From assembly GCA_964395275.1 (NCBI GenBank), contig CAYNBQ010000004.1, positions 504 through 64,503 on the forward strand: DNA of 64,000 bases. Reading direction: 5' to 3'. Each line of letters begins with the position of its first letter. Position 1 is the first letter of the stretch. Source of the DNA: an uncultured Verrucomicrobiota bacterium (GTDB taxonomy: Bacteria; Verrucomicrobiota; CALLYA01; CAYNBQ01). Of this stretch, positions 1 through 9,378 are shown one piece after another. A program made the translations under genes and the position numbers. The notes under the pieces are model-generated. The model did no database searches. It was not told the origin of the DNA and worked only from the letters and a program-made list of their open reading frames with translations.

Positions 1-161
1 GCGGCCGCGTGCGCTTCGAGCTGCCGCCGCTTCGGGAGTACGCCCTGGTCACCTTCGCCGACCGCGCCGAACTGGACAGGGTCCGCCGCTGGATGCGGGA
101 ACGGATCCGGCAGGACCGGGCCCGGGTGCGCAAGACGGCCCGGGAACAGAATCTGTATTGA
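1..161 (+). CDS. 3' end of a hypothetical protein (partial, runs off the window start)
   Basis: Open frame from the window edge to TGA at 159-161 (…ELDRVRRWMRERIRQDRARVRKTAREQNLY*) with strong GC3 codon bias. No recognisable family. Confidence 0.3.
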   Translation, partial: GRVRFELPPLREYALVTFADRAELDRVRRWMRERIRQDRARVRKTAREQNLY

Positions 162-230
162 CGCATCGGACCGGGGAAGCCCCCGCCGTGCGGGCGACCG
201 ATGTCCCCGGTGCGCGCGCCGACCGGCGCG

Positions 231-1229
231 TCAACGATCCCCGTCGTTCGCGCCGTCGAAGACCGTCGTGCCCGGATGCACGGACGCCCACGCGAACCAG
301 TAGCAGCGGACGGACGGAATCTCCCGGCCGTCCGCATCGCGCGCGGCCCCGCCCCGCCCGTCGGCGTCGGCCGTGACCCGGATCTCGCGCCCGCCGATCC
401 GCTCCGCGATCGTCCGCCCGGCCAGCAACCGCAGCGGATACGCCCGCCAATCCGCGGCCCCCGTGGCAATCCCGAGAACCGGGGTCTTCGGCGGGAAACG
501 CCCCAGGATCTCAGGCGGACAGCTCACGGGAAAGAGGATCGCGTCTTCCGAGGCGTACGCCCCGTACGGATCCCGGCCGTAGTCCCGGTTCCTGTCCCGA
601 GGCGGGGCCAGGACCGTCGTCTGCGGGTGATCGGCGAACCACTCCTCCCAGGTCGTGTAGAGGCACGGCAGCCGGGGCAGCGTCTCTCCCGCGCGGGCGC
701 CGCTGATCGCCCGGCCGGCGAGTTGGCTCCAGAGCGATTCGGTGCGGCGGTCGTAGAGGACCAGCGTGCTCTGGTGGAGAAGACCCGAGACCCCGAACAG
801 ATCCCGTTCCGCACCCCGTCCGGCGTCGAAGACGACGGCGGATCCGGCCAGGGGACACCAGGTCACCGTCACCTCGTCATCCGCGATCCTGTCGTTGACC
901 ACCTCGTGCCAGTTCAGGATCCGGATCGGGTACGCGCGTGCGACGCCGCCGAGGACGACGCCGATGACGGCGTCTCCGGCGCGCAGGAATCCCGCCGCCG
1001 CGCCGGGAACCGCGACGGGATCCGTCAGGGCGGGAATGCCGTCCTTCGGCGGACCGCCCGCCACCAGTTCTTCGCGGGGCACGAGCAGGGAATCGAGATC
1101 GAAATCCGGCGAGGGTCCCGTCCCCGCGTCCGGAACCGGCAGGAAAATCCCGAGAACGATGATCGCAACGAGTCCGAGGCCGACGGCGAGGAGAACCCGC
1201 ACGATGGAAAATCTCTTCTTCTTCTTCAT
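231..1229 (-). CDS. DUF3179 family secreted/membrane-anchored protein
   Basis: Translation has an N-terminal K-rich signal anchor (MKKKKRFSIVRVLLAVGLGLVAII) and the DUF3179-type core (ILNWHEVVND…VTWCPL). Start chosen at ATG ~1229, preceded by GGGGGGAG. The ORF-track start at 1334 is probably an upstream extension. Confidence 0.7.
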   Translation of the reverse strand: MKKKKRFSIVRVLLAVGLGLVAIIVLGIFLPVPDAGTGPSPDFDLDSLLVPREELVAGGPPKDGIPALTDPVAVPGAAAGFLRAGDAVIGVVLGGVARAYPIRILNWHEVVNDRIADDEVTVTWCPLAGSAVVFDAGRGAERDLFGVSGLLHQSTLVLYDRRTESLWSQLAGRAISGARAGETLPRLPCLYTTWEEWFADHPQTTVLAPPRDRNRDYGRDPYGAYASEDAILFPVSCPPEILGRFPPKTPVLGIATGAADWRAYPLRLLAGRTIAERIGGREIRVTADADGRGGAARDADGREIPSVRCYWFAWASVHPGTTVFDGANDGDR

Positions 1230-1388
1230 CCGGCCGATCTCCCCCCGCATCGTGACCGCACGGCGGCGGATTGGCAAACGCCATCGGCGCGCGCCTGCCC
1301 TGTCGACCCGGCCGCGGGGAACGGGTCTGGCCATGCGCGGATCGGGCCGCTATCCTTCCGACGTTCCGGCCAGGGGGGATTCGACTTC

Positions 1389-1976
1389 GTGAACGAGACC
1401 GATCTTCAACTTCTCATCGCCGCCATGGCCTTTGCCGCCGAAAGGCACGGCCCGATTCTTCGCAAGAGACCTCCGGGGCGCACCAACATCGCCCACGTCC
1501 TTTCCGTCGTGGAGATCCTCGCCGAGGTGGGGATCGTGGACCGCGATACGCTGGCCGCGGCGGCGCTGCACGATCTCCTGGAAGACGGGGTGGCGACGGC
1601 CGAAGAGATCGCCGAACGGTTCGGATCCCAGATCGCGGAGATGGTGGTCGAACTGACGGACGACAAGACGCTTGCCCGGCAGGAACGGCGCCGGGCGCAG
1701 GTCGAAACGGCGCCGGCCCTTTCGCCGGGCGCGAGGTTCATCCGCATCGCCGACAAGATCGACAATCTGCAGGCGATGATCGTCGCGATCGAGAAGGGAA
1801 CCGAGTTCGACGCCGAGGAAGGACTCGCCTACACCGACTGGGCGCGGGAGGTCTGGTCCGCGGCCCGCGGAAAGAACGCCGCTCTCGACACCCTCTTCCT
1901 CGAGGTCCTCGCGCGCGCCCGGATCCTCTGCCGGAAACGCCGGGACGAGGGTCGGTCTTCCGGCGAGAATCGTTGA
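1389..1976 (+). CDS. HD-domain metal-dependent phosphohydrolase (ppGpp-hydrolase-like HD fold)
   Basis: C-terminal ~195 aa of ORF 201..1976 matches the HD domain (H…HD…D pattern: RTNIAHVLSVVEIL…AALHDLLEDG…IADKIDNL). The upstream part of that ORF overlaps the DUF3179 gene on the other strand and is spurious. GTG at 1389 with AGGGGGGA RBS; ATG 1425 is an alternative. Confidence 0.7.
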   Translation: MNETDLQLLIAAMAFAAERHGPILRKRPPGRTNIAHVLSVVEILAEVGIVDRDTLAAAALHDLLEDGVATAEEIAERFGSQIAEMVVELTDDKTLARQERRRAQVETAPALSPGARFIRIADKIDNLQAMIVAIEKGTEFDAEEGLAYTDWAREVWSAARGKNAALDTLFLEVLARARILCRKRRDEGRSSGENR

Positions 1977-2089
1977 TTCCCCGACGCCGCCGGACTACCC
2001 TGCCCCACCGATTGTTCGTCCCGACCGTCCAGGCGGCGCGGAACCCGCCGGCGGAACGACGGTCGGGATCCGGAAGGAGAACCGTGTTC

Positions 2090-2845
2090 ATGAATCGATC
2101 CGCCGCGCTCTTTTCGATCCTCCTCGTGCTTTTTCTGGCCCTTCCCTGCGGCGTCTTCGCCGCCGACCCGGGGCCGTCCGATGCGGCCCCCGGGACCGGG
2201 GCCGCAAAGCCCGCGGAGACGACCGCCGCGAAACCGGCGGCCGACCAACCCCAGGGAGATCCCATGCAGATCATCGATGCCTACATCCGGGAGAAAACCT
2301 CCGAAGGCGCCATCGACAAGTCCGGAAGCGCTTGGCGGCAGCATCTGCCGAAGTTCCCGGCGGTGGAGTTTCCGAAAGGGGCCAGGTATTTCTGGAACCT
2401 GAAGACCAGCCTCGGCGACATCAAGGTCCGCCTGATGCCCGAGATCGCGCCGAACCACGTCGCGAATTTCCTCTACCTGACCGAACTCGGGTTCTTCGAC
2501 GGACTCGATTTCCACCGGGTGATTCCCGAATTCATGGCCCAGGGCGGCTGCCCGATGGGCAACGGCCGGGGCAGCCCCGGCTACCGGTTCGACGGCGAGT
2601 TCGATCCGAAGGTCAGGCACGACAGGCCGGGCCTTCTTTCCATGGCGAATGCCGGCCCCGGAACCGACGGATCCCAGTTCTTCCTGACCTTCGTCCCCTG
2701 TCCGTGGCTGGACGGCAAGCACACGATCTTCGGCGAGGTCGTCAGCGGCGAGGAGACGCTTCAGGCCATCGAGAAACGCGGATCGCGCTCCGGCCGGCCG
2801 ACCCAGAAGATCCTCATCGAAAAGGCGACGATCACCACGGAATAG
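2090..2845 (+). CDS. Cyclophilin-type peptidyl-prolyl cis-trans isomerase with signal peptide
   Basis: MNRSAALFSILLVLFLALPCGVFA signal, then cyclophilin motifs (FHRVIPEFMAQGG, GTDGSQFFLTFVPCPWLDGKHTIFGEV). It is the 3' part of ORF 1271..2845; ATG at 2090. Confidence 0.9.
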   Translation: MNRSAALFSILLVLFLALPCGVFAADPGPSDAAPGTGAAKPAETTAAKPAADQPQGDPMQIIDAYIREKTSEGAIDKSGSAWRQHLPKFPAVEFPKGARYFWNLKTSLGDIKVRLMPEIAPNHVANFLYLTELGFFDGLDFHRVIPEFMAQGGCPMGNGRGSPGYRFDGEFDPKVRHDRPGLLSMANAGPGTDGSQFFLTFVPCPWLDGKHTIFGEVVSGEETLQAIEKRGSRSGRPTQKILIEKATITTE

Positions 2846-2863
2846 GATCGAAACGGGTCCCGA

Positions 2864-4441
2864 TCAGGATTCGAGATCCCGCAGGACGGAGGGGATTTCC
2901 GCCAGGAGATCCCGCGGCAGCAGGGCCGTTTCGCCGGTGCGCAGCGCGGCGCGATCGGCCGCGGCGCCGTGAATCCATACGGCCGCCCGCGCGGCGGCGG
3001 CGGGGGAATGCCCGCCGGCCAGGAACGCGGCCAGCAATCCCGTGAGACAATCGCCGGTCCCGCCGGTCGCCATCCCGGGGTTTCCCGAGCCGTTCACCGA
3101 GAGGGATCCGTCGGCCGGGTCCGCAACGAGGGTTCCCGCCCCTTTCAGCACGGTGACCGCCCCGGTCGCCTCCGCGAACCGCCGGGCGATCTCCCACGCC
3201 CCGTCGCGATCGCCGGGATCCCATTCCGCGGCCCATTCATATCCTCGGACCAGCCGGGCCATCTCGCCCGGGTGCGGCGTGACGACCGTCGGCGCCCGGC
3301 GTTTCCCGATCGCCTCGGGGGGCGATCCCAGGACGTTCAACCCGTCGGCGTCCAGAACGATCGGTCGGGAAACCCGACCGAGAAGAGTCCGAACCAGGGA
3401 TGCCGCGCCGTCGCCCCGTCCGATCCCCGGACCGACCGCCAGCACGGTCGCCCGTTCCGCCAGGGCGAGAACGGTTTCCGCGGCGTCCCCGGCGAACCCG
3501 CCGTCCGACGCCGGCGCCGGATGGACCATCGCCTCCCGCAGCGACGACGCCGCGGCAACGTAGATCGGTTCGGGCACCGCCACGGAAACCAGGCCGCTGC
3601 CGCCGCGCAACGCCCCTTCCGCGCAGAGGACCGCGGCGCCGGCGAACCCGACCGAACCGGCGACGACGAGAACGTGCCCGCAGGTTCCCTTGTGCGCCGT
3701 CCGGGCGCGGCGCAGGAGGTCTCCGCCGGCGATCCCGGAGCGATCGATCCACCGGACCGCTTCGGACGGCGAAGGGGATCCGGGCCGGCTGCGGGGGATC
3801 CCGATATCGGCCACGAGAATCCGGCCCGCGTGATCGAGGCCGCGTCCCCGCACCAGGCCGAATTTCGGGAGGGCCATGGTCACCGTCACCCGGGCGCGGA
3901 CCGCCTCCGGCAGGGGCAGCCCGCTGTCGGCGTCCAGTCCCGAGGGGATGTCGACCGCCACGACCGGCGCTCTTGATCGGTTCACCTGCGAAATCGCGCC
4001 GCGGAACGGATCGCGGACCTCCCCACGGAGCCCCGTGCCGAGCAACCCGTCGATGACGATCCCGGGATCGCGCAGCGCCTCTTCGAGAAGCGCCTCGGTT
4101 TCGCATCGGACCGAGGGAACCCCGGCCAGGAGCGCCAGCCTGCGATGGTGCGCCGCGTCGCCCCGGATCCGTTCCGGATCGGCGAACTCCAGGATCCGTC
4201 CCCGCCATCCCCACGACTGAAGAACACGGGCGGCGACGTAGGCGTCGCCCCCGTTGTTGCCCACCCCCGCCAGGGCGAGAAAACGCCGCGGAAAGCCGTC
4301 CGCCGACGATTCCGCGACCTCGATCGCGGCTTCGGCGACGGCGCGCCCCGCCCGGGCCATCAGCACCTGTCCGGGTACGCCGAGATCCTCGATCGTGTGC
4401 CGGTCGAGTTCCCGCATTTCGGCCGCGGTGACCAGCCTCAT
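2864..4441 (-). CDS. nnr: Bifunctional NAD(P)H-hydrate repair enzyme Nnr (epimerase + ADP-dependent dehydratase, YjeF family)
   Basis: N-terminal YjeF-N (GVGNNGGDAYVAARVL) and C-terminal carbohydrate-kinase-like dehydratase domain (GTCGHVLVVAGS…GGTGDCLTG). ATG overlaps the stop of the upstream E1 gene (ATGA overlap at ~4438-4441). Confidence 0.9.
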   Translation of the reverse strand: MRLVTAAEMRELDRHTIEDLGVPGQVLMARAGRAVAEAAIEVAESSADGFPRRFLALAGVGNNGGDAYVAARVLQSWGWRGRILEFADPERIRGDAAHHRRLALLAGVPSVRCETEALLEEALRDPGIVIDGLLGTGLRGEVRDPFRGAISQVNRSRAPVVAVDIPSGLDADSGLPLPEAVRARVTVTMALPKFGLVRGRGLDHAGRILVADIGIPRSRPGSPSPSEAVRWIDRSGIAGGDLLRRARTAHKGTCGHVLVVAGSVGFAGAAVLCAEGALRGGSGLVSVAVPEPIYVAAASSLREAMVHPAPASDGGFAGDAAETVLALAERATVLAVGPGIGRGDGAASLVRTLLGRVSRPIVLDADGLNVLGSPPEAIGKRRAPTVVTPHPGEMARLVRGYEWAAEWDPGDRDGAWEIARRFAEATGAVTVLKGAGTLVADPADGSLSVNGSGNPGMATGGTGDCLTGLLAAFLAGGHSPAAAARAAVWIHGAAADRAALRTGETALLPRDLLAEIPSVLRDLES

Positions 4442-6654
4442 TCCCGCACCCCCCGCGCCTGGGCGTTCGCGCCGGGCTTGATCCAGACGCGTCCCTCAAT
4501 CGTTCTGCGCGCGGCCTCCACGACGTCGTCAACCGACGGATGGACGTAGGTCTCCAGGATCCTGGAGACCGGCGGCGGAACGTCGATCGCCGCGACGCGG
4601 TTGACCGGGGCGTCGAGTTCGTCGAAGAGATCCCGCTGGATGCGGTCGGCGAGGTGCATCCCGATCCCGCCGACCCAGGGGGCCTGTTCGACAAGCAAAA
4701 CCCGGTTGGTGCGCGTCACCGACCGGGCGATCGTCTCCAGGTCGATCGACAGCGCGTCCACGCTGCGCAGATCGATCACCTCGCAGCCGATCCCCTCCGA
4801 TTCCAGGATCTCCGCGGCGGCCAGAACGTCGTGAAGCATCGAACCGTAGGTGACGACCGTCAGGTCCGTCCCGGGGCGGACCGTCCGCGCCGCACCCAGC
4901 CGGATCCGGTAGTCGCGCTCGCCGCGGGGAACCTCGTCCTTCAACGGGTAGAGGCGCTGGTGTTCGATCACCAGCACCGGGTCGGCGCACTGCAGGGCGC
5001 TGTTGAAGAGCCCGATGTAATCGAACGCCGTGGCCGGCGTCACGATGCGCCAGCCGGGAAAGAGGGAATACAGGGGAGCGGGATCCATCGAATGCTGGGC
5101 CCCGTACCCGTTTCCGATCCCGATCCGCGTTCGCACCACGATCGGGATGTCCCGGTCGCCGCCGTACATGTGCCGGGCCTTGCCGATCTGGTTGAAGATC
5201 TGGTCGGCCGCCACGAGGGTGAAATCGGGGTACATGATCTCGACCACCGGGCGCAGGCCCCGCAGCGCGGCCCCGAGCGCCAGGCCGCAGAAACCCGCTT
5301 CCGAGATCGGGGTGTTCAGCACCCGGTCGGGGAACCGGGCCGGCAACCCCCGGGTCGCCTGGAAGGCGCCCCCCTTCATGTTGGCGACCTCCTCCCCCAG
5401 CACGACGACCCGATCGTCCTCTTCCATGCGCCGGCCGATCGTCTCGCTGATGACGTCAAGGTAGGTCTTGGTCTCCCATTCGCGGAACGATTCGCGTTCC
5501 GCGAACTCGACGCCTTCCCATTCGCGACCGTCGCTCCGCAGGCCGACGGTGACATCCCCCGGATCAGGCCAGGCCGACGGCAGGATCCGGCGTCCCCGCT
5601 CCGTCGATTCGACGAAGGCGCCCACCGCGGCCCGGACCGTCTTCCGGGCGGCGGACCGCATCCTCTTCAGAAGGCGGCCGTCGGCGATGCCCCGACGTTC
5701 GAGGGCTTCCGGGAAGGTCTTCAGCGGATCGCGGGCCTCCCACTCGCGCTCCTCGTCCCGCGTCCGGTAGCCGTAGGCGCTCCCGCGAAGGCTCTGGGCC
5801 TGGTGGCGGAAGCGGTACGTCCGGACCTCCAGGAAGGTCGGTTCCCGCCCCGCCCGCGCGCGGTGCGCCGCTTCCCCCACGGCCGCAGCGACGGCCACCG
5901 GGTCCATTCCGTCGACCACCCGCGCCGCCATGCCGTACCCGGCCGCCCGCTGGACGACCGGTTCCACGCAGACGGACCGGTCCACGCGGGTGCCGACCGC
6001 GTACAGGTTGTTCTCCAGGAGAAAAACCGTCGGAACGTTCCACAGGACCGCGAGGTTCATCGCCTCATGGAAACTCCCCTGGTTCAACGCGCCTTCCCCG
6101 AAGAAGGCCAGGGAGATCCGGCCGGTTCCCATCCGCGCCTCCGCCCACCCGGCGCCGACGGTCAGGGGCACGCCTCCGGAGACGATCGCGTTCGTGCCGA
6201 GAACCCCCGCCCCCGGGTCCGCCAGGTGCATCGACCCGCCGCGGCCCCTGCACCACCCCTCCGCCAACCCCAGGATCTCGGCCAGCGTCCGTCGAACGAT
6301 CCGGGATTCTTCCTCCGTGAACTCGTCCGCCGGGTCTTCGGGGCCGGCCGCCGCGGAGAGAAGCTTGGCCAGGAAATGGTGATGGGCCCGATGGGTCGAC
6401 GAGATCAGGTCGTCCGGACGCAGCACGGCCGCCGTTCCCACGGCCACCGCTTCCTGTCCGATGCTCGAATGAACCGGCCCGTGGACGAGATCCTCGTCCT
6501 TGAGTCTCAGAAGCCGCTCCTCGAACTCCCGGATCAGGAAGAGCTGCTGCATCATCCGCAGCAGGGTCCGATCGCCCAGCCGTTTCCAGTCGGCTTCCGT
6601 GACGCGGATGCGCCGGCAATCCCAGCGCGCGGAACATCGTTCGAACCTTGGCAC
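4438..6654 (-). CDS. Fused 2-oxoacid (pyruvate/acetoin-type) dehydrogenase E1 component, alpha and beta subunits in one polypeptide
   Basis: N-terminal half has the TPP-binding E1-alpha motifs (GGSMHLAD…GTNAIVSGGVPL…FFGEGALNQG). C-terminal half is E1-beta/transketolase-like (EEVANMKGGAFQATRGL…NTPISEAGFCGLALGAA…). The ORF-track N-terminus (to 7086) overlaps the cupin gene and is spurious. Start chosen at in-frame GTG ~6654 preceded by GGAGGAGGG; GTG 6603 or ATG 6555 are alternatives. Confidence 0.85.
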   Translation of the reverse strand: MPRFERCSARWDCRRIRVTEADWKRLGDRTLLRMMQQLFLIREFEERLLRLKDEDLVHGPVHSSIGQEAVAVGTAAVLRPDDLISSTHRAHHHFLAKLLSAAAGPEDPADEFTEEESRIVRRTLAEILGLAEGWCRGRGGSMHLADPGAGVLGTNAIVSGGVPLTVGAGWAEARMGTGRISLAFFGEGALNQGSFHEAMNLAVLWNVPTVFLLENNLYAVGTRVDRSVCVEPVVQRAAGYGMAARVVDGMDPVAVAAAVGEAAHRARAGREPTFLEVRTYRFRHQAQSLRGSAYGYRTRDEEREWEARDPLKTFPEALERRGIADGRLLKRMRSAARKTVRAAVGAFVESTERGRRILPSAWPDPGDVTVGLRSDGREWEGVEFAERESFREWETKTYLDVISETIGRRMEEDDRVVVLGEEVANMKGGAFQATRGLPARFPDRVLNTPISEAGFCGLALGAALRGLRPVVEIMYPDFTLVAADQIFNQIGKARHMYGGDRDIPIVVRTRIGIGNGYGAQHSMDPAPLYSLFPGWRIVTPATAFDYIGLFNSALQCADPVLVIEHQRLYPLKDEVPRGERDYRIRLGAARTVRPGTDLTVVTYGSMLHDVLAAAEILESEGIGCEVIDLRSVDALSIDLETIARSVTRTNRVLLVEQAPWVGGIGMHLADRIQRDLFDELDAPVNRVAAIDVPPPVSRILETYVHPSVDDVVEAARRTIEGRVWIKPGANAQARGVRE

Positions 6655-6677
6655 GCTGTTCCCTCCTCCGGGCGCGG

Positions 6678-7046
6678 TCAGGACGACGGGTTGCGGTCGT
6701 ACGACCCGGGCCGCACCGGAGGGGCGAAAACCGTCACCAGCCGCAGCGGTTCGTCGCCGGTCAGCCGGATCTCGTGCTCCGTCCCCGGCGCGATGAACAC
6801 GGTCGTGCCCGGGCGCAGCGGTTCGCAGCGGCCGTCCGCAAGGAATTCGCCCTCCCCGGAGAGGATGTAGATGACCTCCTCCTCCTTCTCGTGGCGATGC
6901 GGCCCGGCCGTTTCGCCCGGATGGAAGACGGCGGTTCCGAAAACCATCTCCTTCATGGAACTGTTCTCGGGACCGACCAGGTAATACCAGTCCCGGCCCT
7001 GGAGACGATGAACGACGGCTTCGGATTCGTTGACGACCTGATACAT
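6678..7046 (-). CDS. Cupin domain protein
   Basis: 122 aa; cupin motifs (GPHRHEKEEEVIYILSGEGEF…GTEHEI). Sits directly upstream of, and co-directional with, the E1 fusion. Confidence 0.7.
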   Translation of the reverse strand: MYQVVNESEAVVHRLQGRDWYYLVGPENSSMKEMVFGTAVFHPGETAGPHRHEKEEEVIYILSGEGEFLADGRCEPLRPGTTVFIAPGTEHEIRLTGDEPLRLVTVFAPPVRPGSYDRNPSS

Positions 7047-7230
7047 GTCGATCTCTCCCCTGTCGCAAAGCGCCGTGGAAAGGCACGGTTATGCTGCATC
7101 GGACGATAAACGTCGAGTCCTATCCGCCCCCCGGAAAAAGGGGGACGCGTCCATTCTTCCGTTCTTGACCCCGCGTGCCGGCCTTCCCCGGAAGGGGCGT
7201 CCGGGCCTCTGCGGCACGCACCGCGAAAAA

Positions 7231-7258
7231 CGGGCGCGGGAGGAGTCTCCCGCGCCCG
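7231..7258 (-). terminator. Rho-independent terminator downstream of the secreted-protein gene
   Basis: Perfect 12-bp GC-rich inverted repeat cgggcgcgggag-gagt-ctcccgcgcccg. On the minus strand it is followed by TTTTTC (plus-strand gaaaaa at 7225-7230). It lies ~35 nt past the stop at 7293. Confidence 0.6.
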
Positions 7259-7292
7259 TCGTGCTGTCTCCCGCTCCCCGGTCGGGGAACGA

Positions 7293-8987
7293 CTACTCCT
7301 GTTTCACCCGGTAGAACTGCCGGCCGATGGCCGTGACGTCCTCGGTGTAGGAACCCGGACCGTTCGAGGTGGCCTTCTGCGTCCAGGTCGGGGACGTGAG
7401 ATCGGCCTTCCCTTCGAGCGTCTGGGTCTTGCCGGGATCGCCGGTCCAGTTCACCTGCACCTCGGTGTCGCTCAACCGGGTGATCTCCGTGATCTCCGGA
7501 GGCACGACCACGGCTTCCCCGACCGTCACCGTGAACCAGCTCGGCGTGGTGAAGCTGTTCGCGCCGTCCGGCGGCGAGATCTGCCGGAGCAACTCGGCCG
7601 AGTTGTCGACCGTGTAGAGGTTGCCGGCGACGTCGACGTCCATCTCGCGGACGCTCGATCCCAGGAACTCGCCGAAGACCGTCCCCGGATCCAGGGTGCT
7701 CCACTGGATGTAGCTCACCCAGCCGTCATAGAACCCCGCGCCGTAGAGGCGGTCGTGCGACTCGTCGAGCGCAAGGGCCGTATGGGTCAGCTTGAAGGGA
7801 TCCGTGGTGATCTCCAGCCCCCAGCCGTCGAACTGCCCGCACAGATCCGCGATCGTCTGCCAGAGGACGTTGGATCCGTCGGCCGAAACCTTGATGATCG
7901 AATCCAGGTCCGTCGGGCAGGTGCCGTTGAACCGGTACTGGCTGATGAAGAAATCCCCGTTGGAATCACGGAGGATGTTCATCGCCCCGTTGAGGATCAA
8001 TGCCGGGTTGTCGTCGTAGATGATCTCCGGCGGCTCGGCGTACTCGACCGCGTTGCCGACGGCGTACTTCAGGACGCTGCCGCGATGGCGGGTATCGATG
8101 CCGTTGGCGTCGTCCCAGTCCTCGTCGACCGTGTAGACGACGGCGTCCGCGCCCTTGCCCTCGATGAACATGCCGGACACGCTGCCATGGTTCGTGGCCA
8201 GGCCGCTGGACTGTTGGCCGGCGTTGCTCAACACCTGGTAGGCCGTTCCGAAGTCAGGATCGTCGCTGGCCCAGAGACCGGCGTGGGCGTCCGACCAGTC
8301 GCAGACGTAGACCCGATCGTCGGGACCGATCTCGACGTGCCACGGGCTCGATCCGCTGGTGATCGCCCAGTCCACGCCGCCCGACTGCGCCGTGTCGCCC
8401 TGCGCGATGGCGGGGGTGTGGTCCGCCTTCAGGATGTAGAGACCGTCGGTGGTCACCCGGCCGACTCCCGTCGTGTAGGTGGGACCGGCGGTGCCGCCGG
8501 CCTCGGAGACGTAGATCCGGCCGAGGTACTTGCTGTCGAGATTCTTGTTCACGGCGACGCCGCGCGGATTGAAGAAGACGTTGTTCATGTCTCCGTCGTC
8601 GGAGATCTGCGTCCATGCGCCGTAGCCGTCGTCCGACGCCGTGATCTTGAACTTGTAGGTGCCGTCGGGAACGACCGTGGCCGAGTCGTCCTTGCCGTCC
8701 CAGACCCACTGCTGGGGCCCCTTGGCCTGGGGGCCGAGATCTTCCGCGCGGACCAGCGTGTCGCTCGCGTCGTAGACCTCGATCCGGACATTGTCGTCGG
8801 CATTCTCGTTGAGAATGTAACTGATGGTGATCGTTTCGCCTTCGGAAGGCTTGAACGCCGTCTTGTCGACGTCCAGCCCGCTGGCGTAGACATTGGCGTT
8901 CGCCGCGGGCGCCGCAACCAGGACCGACATCAGCACAGCGCCCAGCGTGCATAACACCTTCTGGAACCGTACTTTCCTGTGCCTCAT
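7293..8987 (-). CDS. Secreted protein with FlgD-Ig-like / beta-sandwich domains (function unknown)
   Basis: Signal peptide (KVLCTLGAVLMSVLVAAPAANA). A FlgD-Ig-like segment (KPSEGETITISYILNENADDNVRIEVYDASD…GTYKFKITASDDG) is followed by repetitive beta-rich sequence. ATG 8987 has a near-perfect RBS, AAAGGAGGAA, 8 nt upstream. The flanking sequence is lower in GC than the rest of the window. Confidence 0.7.
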   Translation of the reverse strand: MRHRKVRFQKVLCTLGAVLMSVLVAAPAANANVYASGLDVDKTAFKPSEGETITISYILNENADDNVRIEVYDASDTLVRAEDLGPQAKGPQQWVWDGKDDSATVVPDGTYKFKITASDDGYGAWTQISDDGDMNNVFFNPRGVAVNKNLDSKYLGRIYVSEAGGTAGPTYTTGVGRVTTDGLYILKADHTPAIAQGDTAQSGGVDWAITSGSSPWHVEIGPDDRVYVCDWSDAHAGLWASDDPDFGTAYQVLSNAGQQSSGLATNHGSVSGMFIEGKGADAVVYTVDEDWDDANGIDTRHRGSVLKYAVGNAVEYAEPPEIIYDDNPALILNGAMNILRDSNGDFFISQYRFNGTCPTDLDSIIKVSADGSNVLWQTIADLCGQFDGWGLEITTDPFKLTHTALALDESHDRLYGAGFYDGWVSYIQWSTLDPGTVFGEFLGSSVREMDVDVAGNLYTVDNSAELLRQISPPDGANSFTTPSWFTVTVGEAVVVPPEITEITRLSDTEVQVNWTGDPGKTQTLEGKADLTSPTWTQKATSNGPGSYTEDVTAIGRQFYRVKQE

Positions 8988-9223
8988 GCGCAATTCCTCC
9001 TTTGTTGAGGGACAACCAGAACCGATGCCCGTCCTTCTCCGACAGGCTCATCGGGAGGCTACTCCCCCCGTTTCCCGAAATCAAGCCCGGAAACCGCCTC
9101 AAATTCCGATGATTATCTTCGACAACTCATTGCAATCATGGAAGTTATGAATATCCTCGGCTCTCCGGGAGCCCTTAGAAGGCCGATTTCGGGTCAAAAT
9201 CGTACCTCTAAGAATGCGAAGAC

Positions 9224-9247
9224 GCCCCGATCCGCGGGGTGATCGGG
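9224..9247 (-). terminator. Possible terminator hairpin at the end of the dcw cluster (after ftsZ)
   Basis: Inverted repeat cccgatc-cgcggggt-gatcggg ~130 nt downstream of the ftsZ stop. The U-tract on the minus strand is weak. Confidence 0.3.
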
Positions 9248-9378
9248 ACCGTGCGGCAGGGAGCCTGCCCGCCGTTCGCCCGACGGAGATCACCCGTGAA
9301 AAGGGGTGCGTCACTGAAGCCGGCGTTTCGGCAGACGGCGGGAATCGGGAGAAAGCGCGGGAAGGCCGGCCGCCCGGC

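Noticed and set aside
49-450. 133-aa minus-strand ORF at the window start
   Set aside because: Arg/Gly-rich nonsense translation. It overlaps both the partial plus-strand CDS and the DUF3179 gene's downstream region.
201-1976. 591-aa ORF as a single gene
   Set aside because: Only the last ~195 aa (HD domain) look real. The first ~390 aa are low-complexity and overlap the DUF3179 gene on the opposite strand.
6640-6665. TGGCAC hexamer near 6649 as a sigma-54 -24 element
   Set aside because: It is on the wrong strand relative to nearby gene starts and lacks a correctly spaced -12 GC. It lies inside the chosen E1 start region.
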